A stretch of 64,000 bases of DNA from Mustelus asterias (Eukaryota), in assembly GCF_964213995.1 (NCBI RefSeq), contig NW_027590476.1, positions 186,001 through 250,000 of the forward strand, given 5' to 3'. Of the stretch, positions 50,810 through 61,581 are shown piece after piece. Position numbers and translations under genes: made by a program. Each line of letters starts with the position of its first letter. Positions within the stretch are counted from its first letter, which is position 1. The notes beneath the pieces were generated by a model. That model worked only from the letters and a program-made list of their open reading frames with translations. It did not search any database and had not been told where the DNA came from.

Positions 50810-51190
50810 TGCCCCTGCGGGTGTGAACGTGTCCTATTCACTCCACAGGAGCCTATTGCGCAGGCGCGGTGCTATATCTAGAGCGTGCGCAGTGTCACTT
50901 TGCCCAGAGCTTCATGAATGCGAGAGATGCTTTTTTCAACGGGTGAGTCGGTGGGGCTGCGGGAGAAATGGAGCCGGGAGTCGGGGTAGGGAGGGAGCTC
51001 TTGCTTCACAAACATCCGCTGTCGGCCGCACGGCCCGAATAAGACCCTGCAGGTCCCGGGTTTACAGCTCCCAGGCTTTTATCTCGGGAACAGGCCCCGG
51101 TTATCGGTTGCCATCTTGTTTCAGCGGGGAAGGAGAGCGCATGCGCTGCTGTCAGTGGCGGGTCACAATGGGCGTGGTTTCAGGGGCTGG
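50810..51190 (+). promoter_or_regulatory. CpG promoter/non-coding first exon of ZNF-G
   Basis: NRF1-like tgcgcaggcgc and GCGCATGCGC (51137), donor GTGAGT at 50943, YY1-like gccatctt. Confidence 0.75.
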
Positions 51191-51398
51191 TTCAGAACCT
51201 CTGTCTTCAGAGGGACAATAGAATCATAGAAACCCTACAGCACAGAAAGAGGCCATGCGGCCCATCGAGTCTGCACCGACCACAATCCCACCCAGGCATC
51301 CCAGGACACTAAGGGGCAATTTTTTTAGCATGGCCAATCGACCTAACCCGCACATCATTGGACTGTGGGAGGAAACTGGAGCACCCGGAGGAAACCCT

Positions 51399-51792
51399 TG
51401 CAGAGAGGGGCGGGTCAGGGTGGCGACCTCCTCGTGAACCTGGTCCTGGGCCTGGCAAAGCGCGCCATTTATAGGTCCAGGCAGCAGGCGATCGAGGGGG
51501 CCATCCATCCTGACTGTCTGCCCCTCTACCGTGGTTACGTTCGCGGCCAGGTGTCCCTGGAGAGGGAACATGCGATGTCCATGGGTGCGGTTGACGCCTT
51601 CCGCCCCCGTTGGGCACTGCAGGGGTTGGGGTGTGTTATCGACCCTAATAGTCACATTATGATTTGATGTTTTTAAGTTTCCTTTTGTAGTTTGATTTTT
51701 GTTTGGGCTGCTCCCCCTCCTTTTGGGGAGCTGCCCCTTTTACTTTGTCCTGATTTAACTTGAGTTTGTTTATTTGGTTTGACCTTAAAAAA
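51399..51792 (+). mobile_element. Tx1-clade LINE 3' end
   Basis: DLLVNLVLGLAKRAIYRSRQ...FRPRWA resembles the C-terminus of Tx1/L1 ORF2; T-rich 3'UTR. Confidence 0.75.
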
Positions 51793-52390
51793 GGCCAACA
51801 TCTGTGATTAAAACACTTTTTCTTTTCTCCCCCTTTCCATTTCTTTTCTCATTCTGGGGGAAATTGGGGACTTGCAGCAACTGAAGGGAAAGGAAGTGAA
51901 TCCAGTTGGTATGTTCCACACATTGTTAGTCCAGTCAGATAGACATATATCTGTCTGACAGCCTGCATGGAGGTTTCCAGCTCTCTGTGTCCAGGACAGG
52001 AAGCAGTGAGCATGGATCTATCAATCAACCACAATCAGAGGGTGAATATTAGATACAGCAGAGTGAGAATGGAGGGAGAGTGTGTTGGATGGAGATTCAC
52101 AGCTTTGGGGAATGAGAGAGGAAATAATGTTCCATAGAAACTAGAATTGTCTGTTCTGAATTTCTATCCTGTATTGACAGTAATAACCTTTGTAAACTCC
52201 TTTTACGGGATATCAGAAGTTGAGGATTTTACAGACAGAAATCTCAAACCAAACATCACATCAACATCTGACAGAGTCACTCAATTCATCGGGCCTGAAT
52301 ATCTTCGGCCTTTGAATCCAGAAGGAGAAATGTTTCTCTGTTCTATCGGCTTCAGCAGTCTTTAAACATCAGTGTGACTGGAACAGGACT

Positions 52391-52445
<55 letters not shown>

Positions 52446-52599
52446 AACTGAGATTTTCCCATGCATTGACTGTGGAAAGAGCCTCCCAGTTACACAGCCT
52501 GAAAAAATATTGCACCATCACAGCAGGGCACCATAATCTTGTTCTGTGTGAGACTTCAACTGCTGGTCAAACCTGGAGCAACACAAGGACACCTGCACC

Positions 52600-53361
52600 A
52601 TGGATAAACCGTGGAAATGTGGGGACTGTGGGAAGGGTTGCAAAACCCCCTCTGAGCTGCAAATTCATCGACGTATTCACACTGGAGAGAAGCCGTACAC
52701 CTGTTCTGTGTGTGGGAAGAGATTCACTCGGTTATATCATCTGCAGCGACATCAGCTGGTTCACACTGGAGAAAGAGCATTCATGTGCTTTGAGTGTGGG
52801 AACGGATTCGCTCATTTACCCGATCTGCAGAGACACCAGCGCGTTCACACTGGAGAGAGACCATTCACCTGCTTGGTGTGTGGGAAAGGATTTATGCAGT
52901 TATCCAACCTGTCGAAACACAAAGTCACTCACAGCAATGAGAGACCCTTTAAATGCTCTGACTGTGGAAGTGGTTTCAAAAGCTCTCGGGAACTGATGAT
53001 CCACCAGCGGATTCACACTGGGGAGAGACCGTTCAGCTGCTCTCACTGCACAAAGACATTTAGAACGTTATCTCACCTGCGGGAGCACCAGCGAATTCAC
53101 ACCAGGGAGAGACCGTTCACCTGCTCTGTGTGTGGGAAGGGATTCACTCAGTCATCCAGCCTGCTGAGTCACAATCTCACTCACACCCAGGAGAGACCCT
53201 TTAAATGCTCTGACTGTGGAAGTAGTTTCAAACGTTCTGGGGATCTGATGATCCACCAGCGCATCTTAAAACTATGCCCTCTGGTTTCAGACTCCCCTAC
53301 CTTTGGGAAAAGATATTGGCTAGCTGATCTAAATCCCCCATTATTGTATAGACCTCTGTAA
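52600..53361 (+). CDS. ZNF-G (7 fingers; the 8th is cut by antisense CR1 at ~53263)
   Basis: MDKPWKC...MIHQRI then CR1 antisense read-through. Confidence 0.8.
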   Translation: MDKPWKCGDCGKGCKTPSELQIHRRIHTGEKPYTCSVCGKRFTRLYHLQRHQLVHTGERAFMCFECGNGFAHLPDLQRHQRVHTGERPFTCLVCGKGFMQLSNLSKHKVTHSNERPFKCSDCGSGFKSSRELMIHQRIHTGERPFSCSHCTKTFRTLSHLREHQRIHTRERPFTCSVCGKGFTQSSSLLSHNLTHTQERPFKCSDCGSSFKRSGDLMIHQRILKLCPLVSDSPTFGKRYWLADLNPPLLYRPL

Positions 53362-53800
53362 CATCACCCCCTCAGCCTTCTACGCTCCAGAGAAAAAAGT
53401 CCCAGTCTATCCAACCTCTCCTTATAACACAAACCATCAACTCCTGGGAGCATCCGAGTAAATCTTTCCTGCACCCTTTCTAGTTTAATAATATCCTTTC
53501 TAAAATAGGGTGACCAGAACTGTACACAGTATTCCAAGTGTGGACTTACCAATGTTTTGTACAACTGAATACAAGAGTTGGGACATCATGTTGAAGTTGT
53601 AAAAGACATTGGTAACACCACACTTGGAATACTGTGTACAGTTCTTGGTCACCCTATTATAGAACGGATATTATTAAACTTGAATAAATACAGAAAAGAT
53701 TTACTCGGATGCGACCGGGACTTGAGGTTTGATTTATAAGGAGAGGCTCGATAGACAGGGACTTTTTTCCCTGGTGCGTAGGAGACTGAGGGATGATCTT
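53263..53800. mobile_element. Two CR1 fragments in inverted orientation (53263-53566 on -, 53567-53800 on +)
   Basis: Both cover the YKTLV.PHLEYCVQF region. Confidence 0.8.
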
Positions 53801-56800
53801 GTGTGAGGGTGCGTGCGTGCGTGCGGGCGAGAGGGGGCGTGCGTGCGGGCGAGAGGGGGCGTGCGTGCGGGCGAGAGGGGGCGGGCGAGAGGGGGCGGGC
53901 GAGAGGGGGCGGGCGAGGGGGCATGCGTGCGGGCGAGAGGGGGCGTGCGAGAGGGGGAGTGCGGGCGAGAGAGGGCGTGCGTGCGTGCGTGCGGGCGAGA
54001 GGGGGCGTGCGGGCGAGAGGGGGCGTGCGGGCGTGGGTGCGTGCGGGCGAGAGGGGGCGTGTGGGCGAGAGGGGGCGTGCGTGCGGGCGAGAGGGGGCGT
54101 GCGTGCGGGCGAGAGTGGGCGTGCGTGCGGGCGAGAGTGGGCGTGCGTGCCGGCGGGCGAGAGGGGGCGTGTGAGCGTGCGGGCGAGAGGGGGCGTGTGT
54201 GCGTGCGGGCAAGAGGGGGCGTGCGTGCCAGCATGCGAGTGTGGGCGTGCGTGCCGGCGGGCGAGTGTGGGCGTGCGTGCCGGCGGGCGAGTGTGGGCAT
54301 GCGTGCCGGCGGGCGAGAGGGGGCGTGCGGGCGTGCGGGCGAGAGGGGGCATGCGTGCGGGCGAGAGGGGGCATTCATGCGTGCGGGCAAGATGGGGCGT
54401 GCGTGCAGGCGAGGGGGGCATGCGTGCGTGCGAGAGGGGACGTGCGTGCGGGCGAGAGGGTGCGTGCGGGCGAGAGGGGGCGTGCGTGCGGGCAAGAGTG
54501 GGCGTGCGTGCGGGCGAGAGTGGGCGTGCGTGCCGGCGGGCGAGAGGGGGCGTGTGAGCGTGCGGGCGAGAGGGGGCGTGTGTGCGTGCGGGCAAGAGGG
54601 GGCGTGCGTGCCAGCATGCGAGTGTGGGCGTGCGTGCCGGCGGGCGAGTGTGGGCATGCGTGCCGGCGGGCGAGAGGGGGCGTGCGGGCGTGCGGGCGAG
54701 AGGGGGCATGCGTGCGGGCGAGAGGGGGCATTCATGCGTGCGGGCAAGATGGGGCGTGCGTGCAGGCGAGGGGGGCATGCGTGCGTGCGAGAGGGGACGT
54801 GCGTGCGGGCGAGAGGGTGCGTGCGGGCGAGAGGGGGCGTGCGTGCGGGCGAGAGGGGGCGTGCGTGCGGGCGAGAGGGGGCGTGTGTGTGTGCGTGCGA
54901 GAGGGGAGCGTGCATGCGTGCGGGCGAGAGGGGGCGTGCGTGCGTGTGGGCGAGAGGGGGCGTGTGTGCGTGCGGGCGAGAGGGGGCGTGCATGCGTGCG
55001 GGCGAGAGGGGGCGTGCGTGCGTGCGGGCGAGAGTGGGCGTGCATGCCGGCGGGCGAGAAGGGGCGTGTGTGCGTGCGGGCAAGAGGGGGCGTGCGTGTG
55101 GGCGAGAGGGGGCGTGTGTGCGGGCGGGTGAGAGGGGGTGTGCGGGCGAGAGGGGGCATGCGTGCGTGCGGGCGAGAGGGGTCGTGCGTGCTGGCATGCG
55201 AGAGGGGGCGTGCGGGCGAGAGGGGGCGTGCGTGCGGGCGAGAGGGGGCGTGCGGGCGAGAGGGGTCGTGCGTGCGTGCCCGCGTGCGGGCGAGAGGGGA
55301 CGTGCGTGCGGGCGAGAGGGGGCGTGCGTGCGTTCGAGAGGGGGCGTGCGGGCGAGAGGGGGCGTGCGTGCGTTCGAGAGGGGGCGTGCGTGCGTGCGAG
55401 AACAAAGAACAAAGAACAATACAGCACAGGAACAGGCCCTTCGGCCCTCCAAGCCCGCGCCGCTCCCCGGTCCAGGATTGAATCCTGAATCCAGGATCCC
55501 CGCCCAATTTTCCAGCCTATCTACATCCTAATATCCTATCCACCGAGCTGTCCCTCACAGCTACGATGCTTTGTTCATCACAACCTATTAACTCACCCCC
55601 ACCCCCCCATTCCAGACCATGTGATCTCCAGGGAGAGGCGAAAACCCAGAGTGAAAAACCCAGGGCCAATATGGGGAAAAGAAAATCTGGGAAATTCCTC
55701 TCCGACCCCCTGAGGCGTTCGAAACGAGTCCAGGAGATCACACTGGCCCTGATCAGAAAATGCTTCCCAACCCTATTCATTTCCACTTCTGCTTTACGAA
55801 CACCATCTGAATTCCCTGCCCCCGAGACAGGTTCCCAACTATCCGCAGTCTCGCTCTGTACTGGCACCAGCAAGATGAAGGGGCGTGCGTGCGAGAGGGG
55901 GCGTGCATGCGTGCGGGCGAGAGGGGGCATGCATGCATGTGGGCGAGATGGGGCGTGCGTGCAGGCGAGGGGGGCGTGCGTGCGTGCGAGAGGGGGCATG
56001 TGTGCGGGCGAGATGGGGCGTGCGTGCAGGCGAGGGGGGCGTGCGTGCGGGCGAGAGGGGGCGTGCGTGCGGGCGAGAGGGGGCGTGCATGCGAGAGGGG
56101 GGTATGCATGCGTGCGGGCGAGAGGGGGCGTGCGTGCATGTGGGCGAGAGGGGGCGTGCGTGCCGGCGGGCGAGAGGGGGCGTGCGTGCCGGCGGGCGAG
56201 AGGGGGCGTGCGGGCAAGAGGGGGCGTGCGTGCCGGCATGCGAGAGGGGGCGTGCGGGCGAGAGTGGGCGTGCGTGCCGGCGGGCGAGAGTGGGCGTGCG
56301 GGCGAGAGGGGGCGTGCGTGCGGGCGAGAGGGGGCGTGCGTGCGTGCGAGCGAGCGAGAGGTGGCATGCATGCGTGCGGGCGAGATGGGGCGTGCGTGCA
56401 GGCGAGGGGGGCATGCGTGTGGGCGAGAGTGGGCGTGCGTGCTGGCGGGCGAGAGGGGGCGTGCGTGCCGGCGGGCGAGAGGGGGCGTGCGGGCAAGAGG
56501 GGGCGTGCGTGCCGGCATGCGAGAGGGGGCGTGCAGGCGAGAGTGGGCGTGCGTGCGGGCGGGCGAGAGTGGGCGTGCGTGCCGGCGGGCGAGAGGGGGC
56601 GTGCGGGGGCGTGCGTGCGGGCGAGAGGAGGCGTGCGTGCGTGCGAGCGAGAGGTGGCATGCATGCGTGCGGGCGAGATGGGGCGTGCGTGCAGGCGAGG
56701 GGGGCGTGCGTGCGGGCGAGAGGGGGCGTGTGTGCGTGCGGGCGAGAGGGGGCGTGCGTGCGAGAGGGGGGGTGCGTGCGAGAGGGGGGCGTGCATGCGT

Positions 56801-57560
56801 GCGGGTGAGAGGGGGCGTGTGTGCGTGTGGGCGAGAGGGGGCGTGAGTGCGTGCGGGCGAGAGTGGGCGTGCGTGCCGGCGGGCGAGAGGAGGCGTGTGT
56901 GCGTGCGGGCGAGAGGGGGCGTGTGTGCGTGCGGGCAAGAGGGGCGTGCGTGCGGGCAAGAGGGGGCGTGCGTGCGGGCGGGCGAGAGGGGGTGTGCGGG
57001 CAAGAGGGGGCATGCGTGCGTGCGGGCGAGAGGGGGCGTGCGTGCCGGCATGCGAGAGGGGGCGTGCGGGCGAGAGGGGGCGTGCGTGCGGGCGAGAGGG
57101 GGCGTGCGGGTGAGAGGGGTCGTGCGGGCGAGAGGGGGCGTGCGTGCGTTCGAGAGGGGGCGTGCGTGCGTGCGGGCGAGAGGGGGCGTGCGTGCGGGCA
57201 AGAGGGGTCGTGCATGCGTGCGTGCGGGCCGAGAGGGGACGTGCGTGCGGGCGAGAGGGGTCGTGCGTGCGGGCCGAGAGGGGACGTGCGTGCGGGCGAG
57301 AGGGGTCGTGCATGCGTGCGTGCGGGCCGAGAGGGGACGTGCGTGCGGGCGAGAGGGGGCGTGCGTGCGGGCGAGAGGGGGCGTGCGTGCGTGCAGTCGA
57401 GAGGGTGCGTGCATGCGTGCGGGCGAGAGGGTGCGTGCGTGCGCGCGAGAGGTTGCGTGCGTGCGGGCGAGAGGGGGCGTGCGTGCGGGCGAGAGGGGGC
57501 GTGCGTGCCGGCGAGAGGGGGCGTGCGTGCCGGCGGGCGAGTGGGAGCATGCATGCGGGT
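53801..57560. repeat. CpG/G-rich satellite, ~18-26 bp unit GCGTGCGTGCGGGCGAGAGGGG
   Basis: Two arrays, 53801-55400 and 55879-57560; source of the long R/A/P/G ORFs. Confidence 0.97.
55400..55878 (-). mobile_element. CR1-tailed retroposon fragment inserted in the satellite
   Basis: aacaaagaacaatacagcacaggaacaggcccttcggccc is the reverse complement of the CR1 tails elsewhere in the window. Confidence 0.8.
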
Positions 57561-60500
57561 GCGAGGGAGAGAAAGAGAGCGGGGGAGTTGGGGGGAGAGA
57601 GAGAGCGGTGGGGGGACAGAGAGTGGGTGGGTGGCGCGGGCACAGAGAGGGGGGGTGGCGGAGGTGGGTGGGAGACAAAGTGCGGTGGGGGGGGTGGGAA
57701 CAGAGAGGAGAAGGGCAAAGAGAGTGAGAAAAAAGTGACAGAGAAAAGGGACAGAGATGGAGTAAGGAAAAGAAAAGAGAGGGAGAGAAAAAGGACAGAG
57801 AGAGAGAAAGACAGAGAGAGAGATTTAGCGGGAGAGTCAGAGAGAGAGAACAAAGAGAGAGAGAGAGATAGACTGAGCGGAACGACAGAGAAAGAACAGA
57901 GAGAAAAAAGAGAGAGAAAAAGTCAGAGATAAAATTGAGAGATTGAAATTTGAGAGATCACAAGTTAAAGATGGACAGAAATTGAGAAGAGGCTGCAAAC
58001 AAAGAGAAAAAGCAGAGATGGGCAGACAGAATTTGAAGAGCTCCATACTCACCATGGGAATGTCCTCCCTCGGTGATCTCTCAAACTCTTTCCATCCCCT
58101 CTCCCATGGTGGGGGAGAGAGATCCAAGACCAGGGGCTTTGTGCTGGGTAAAGGGGGGTTTAAAATATCAGTGCAAGCACGCACACACATTCACAAAGAC
58201 AAAGTTACCCTGATACTTACCAATCCACGCGTAGAGAGACAGAACAATGGATCCCCAGTCTTTTTATACCCTGACTGTGTCACACAAACTGCCCACACCT
58301 CCCCAATCAACCCCCATCCAACCACATCCCCTACACCTCACCTGAACCCACCTACTCCAGGTATGGCCCAGTCCAACAACAACCTGTCTCTGAGACGATG
58401 GGTGAGGGTTCAGTGTGTGGGTTAGTGAGCACCATGATCATGATTTATCCCAAGGCTCTCTCTCTCTCCCTCTTCACAGCACTAGTACTGGGGGCTGAGA
58501 GAAAAGGAAATAGCAGCCCTTCCCAGACAGAGAGAGACCAGGTCTGAATGTGGATTGTACAACTTGTTCATTCAGGACTCCATCGGCTACAGGTTCGCAT
58601 CTTTTGCTGATTCTTGCAAAGTTCATTTCTTGCTTATGTTGCCTGAACTCAAACACTTTCTTGCAAAGCTCTTTGTTGCTGCATTTACAATTCAATTTCT
58701 GATTTCCAAACCAATCTCTGTTGTTGTCTATCCAGGTGTCTCAATGTGTGCGCCCTGTGCTTAATGTTTAATAAGTCAACACAGATCAGAGCTGCAAAAA
58801 AAGTGTTTCGACTTTATTGAGAGCAGAAGCACTGAATGGGGGAGGGGAGGGTGAGAATGAGAGTGAAGTTTCATTCAGATAAATGTTGTCAATGTGTCTT
58901 GAACCAGCAGCTCTGCAGAGAGAGAGAGAGAGATGCAGGATTTCAAACTCTCTGGGAACTGTACCCAGGGACACACACATACACACAGATAGGCATCAGC
59001 TCATGTTTATAGGAACAACCAGGCTGGAGTCTGCAGCTAATTCTGCCCCCCAGGGGAAATCATCCCACTCATCCAGCCCCTCCACACTTTACAGCCTTCT
59101 GGACTCAACATCCAGTCCAACAGTTTCAGAAAGTAAACTCTGAGTCCATTCTGTTTCCTTTTCCTTGATTCCTTTCCCCTTCTTTCAGTCAGCAGTCCCC
59201 CTGCTCCAGGCACAGCTTCTTTGTTTCTTTTCTCTCTCCATCTCCATTCCCTTTGGCGCTTGGGGATTCATTTTCTCTCATTCAAACTCTCCTGCCTATC
59301 ACAGACCTTCCCTTAGTCCTTGTCCCAGCCACCCCCATCTCCAAACCTGCAACATTTCTAACTGTTCACCAAATGCCCTATTCAAGAGGGATAAAAAACA
59401 TCATGTATCTTTGCTTAAATTCTGACCTACAATATGGTCAAAGCGTGATCTCAATGAGCGGGATTTTAACTTCCCCGAATTTGGAGCTTTGCTTCTTCAG
59501 GATTAAGAGGCAATGGGTGCAGTCTCATCATCTCTCATGTCCCAGGAAGTTCCACACCACCCTAACATTTCCCAGTAGCTGCCGCGAGTAATGTAGCTGT
59601 CTAAAACTCTCCTTATCATCTCCTTACCATCCCAGTAAGATCCAAACCCTGCAGTATTTCCAGCAGTGAATTACAATGAAAGTATCAGACAGAAGGTGCA
59701 GTGTGTTTTAGATAAAAATAAACAGCCGGTTGGACTTGGGAATATTGTAAAACAAATACAAGTACATGTGATGTGTTGAGCTGATTGTGGAATTGGTTGT
59801 AATTCTCACACTATTTCTTTTACAGTTTCAGGTAATAGTCATCAATAAATCCAAATCCAGGATGTGGTGTCCTCAAATAGATGACTCTGCATTACATCAA
59901 AGGGGAGACCCCTGAACTTTTCCACAAATATCACTTTGTGGAATATGCTTCAACTCCAGCTATAGGTATTGTAATTTCTGAATCAGTCGGGTCATTCCTC
60001 CTGGTTTTTTATGAATTGGCATTTAACTTCTCATTTTGAGTGAGTCTGCATTCTGTTCAATGAGAAACAGAATAGAATGTATATCGGATATTGCACTGTC
60101 CGTATTAAAGCTCTTATATCACATTACATTGTGGAGCAGAGCCGGGATTATAATTCAAAATTTGGTGCTTATTATTGTCATATGTATTTGAATTCCATTT
60201 CGTAGCAGCTTCCATTCTTACACCATTAAATAAAGATTATGACAGATGAAGACACGGTTTGATTCCTTTCTCTTCATTTTTGTGCTCTAGATCGACACAT
60301 AGAGAACTACATTTCCCCAACAACTGAATACAGCACCTTGCTTCATTCCAGCACTACCCCAAACACACAAATCCTCTGCTATCCGCACAGTTTAGCACAT
60401 TTCATCCATTTGCTGCCTCCTCCCAAATCCTGTTGTTATCCTCACGCTTTATTATATTCCACCAATCTGCCATTGGCTTACTAAATCCTGCTTTTACCAT

Positions 60501-60589
60501 CACCCTTTCTAACATTTCACCAATCCGTGCGTGTTCTCCAAAACACTGCTGTTATCCACAATGTTTACTGCATTTCACCATTCTGTCCA

Positions 60590-61194
60590 CATCCAGGCCT
60601 GTGACACTGAATCTCAAAATACACATTGAACCCAGCCAGGCCGAAGAGCTTGAATCTCAAAAGACAGAGTGAATCCAGCTAAGACTGTGACACTGAATCT
60701 CAAAAGACTGAATGAACCCAGCCAGGCCTGTGACACATAATTTCAAAGGACAGAGTGAAGCCAGAAAGGCCTCTGACACTGAATCTCAAAGGACAGAGTG
60801 AAGCCAGCCAGGCCTGTGACACAGAATATCAAATGTCAGAGTGAACCCCGTGAGGCCTGAGCCACTGAATCTCAAGGGACAGAGTGAATCTAGCCAGGCC
60901 TGTGGCACTAAATCTCAAATAGCAGTGGGAACACAGCCGGGTCTGTGACACTGAATCTCAAAGGACAGATTGAACCCAGACAGGCCTGTGACACTGAATA
61001 TGAAGGGACACAGTGATTCCAACCAGGCCTGTGACACTGAATCTCAAAGGACACAGTGATTCCAACCAGGCCTGTGACACTGAATCTCAAAGGACGCAGT
61101 GTATCCAGCCGGGCCTGTGACACCCAGACTGAAAGTGTACACTGATCCCAACCAGGCCTGTGACACTGAATCGGAAAGAACAGAGTGAACGCAG
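60590..61194. repeat. 43-bp minisatellite, ~14 units
   Basis: ccaggcctgtgacactgaatctcaaaggacacagtgattccaa; ccaggcct at 61023 and 61066. Confidence 0.93.
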
Positions 61195-61502
61195 TGATGC
61201 GCGATTAAATCACTCGGGATGCTGTACGTACCCGGGAAATAAAGGCTTTTATTAGTAACAAGAATGGAGCACACTATATTACAATACAATCCCAGACTAA
61301 AGGGTCACCAGGCAGTGCAGTGACCTTTGTACTGCTACAGGTAGGCGGAGCCAACTGGAGTGTACCACAAAACAATACCAACAGGTAGAACACCCCAACC
61401 CTAACCCCAACAGTGTCAACAGTAGTATATACACGAGATACCCATAGTGCTAACCATCTATGGTTCAGTACCCATAGTGGTAACCATCTATGGTTCACCA
61501 CA
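61195..61502 (-). mobile_element. 3' LTR of the Gypsy element
   Basis: TG...CA ends, PPT aaaggaggggtgaa directly upstream, AATAAA at 61248-61253 (-), internal 30-bp tandem repeat. Confidence 0.85.
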
Positions 61503-61581
61503 TTCACCCCTCCTTTAAGACAAAAGGTCAGTGGGGCAAACAAAAGAAGAGAAAAAAAAACAGTGCAAACTGTCCATAATG

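Noticed and set aside
53801-57560. Satellite as an Ig switch region
   Set aside because: About 45 kb downstream of IgM, not upstream of a C exon, and not AGCT-rich
53649-57932. Very long ORFs (up to 778 aa) in most frames
   Set aside because: Translations of a satellite whose unit lacks stop codons
58000-60130. Possible decayed exons on the minus strand (donor-like sites near 58050 and 58215; frame ending GFGFIDDYYLKL*)
   Set aside because: Multiple stops and no recognisable protein; needs tBLASTx
60590-61194. CRISPR-like or RSS array
   Set aside because: Head-to-tail units without unique spacers; vertebrate DNA; heptamers lack nonamers
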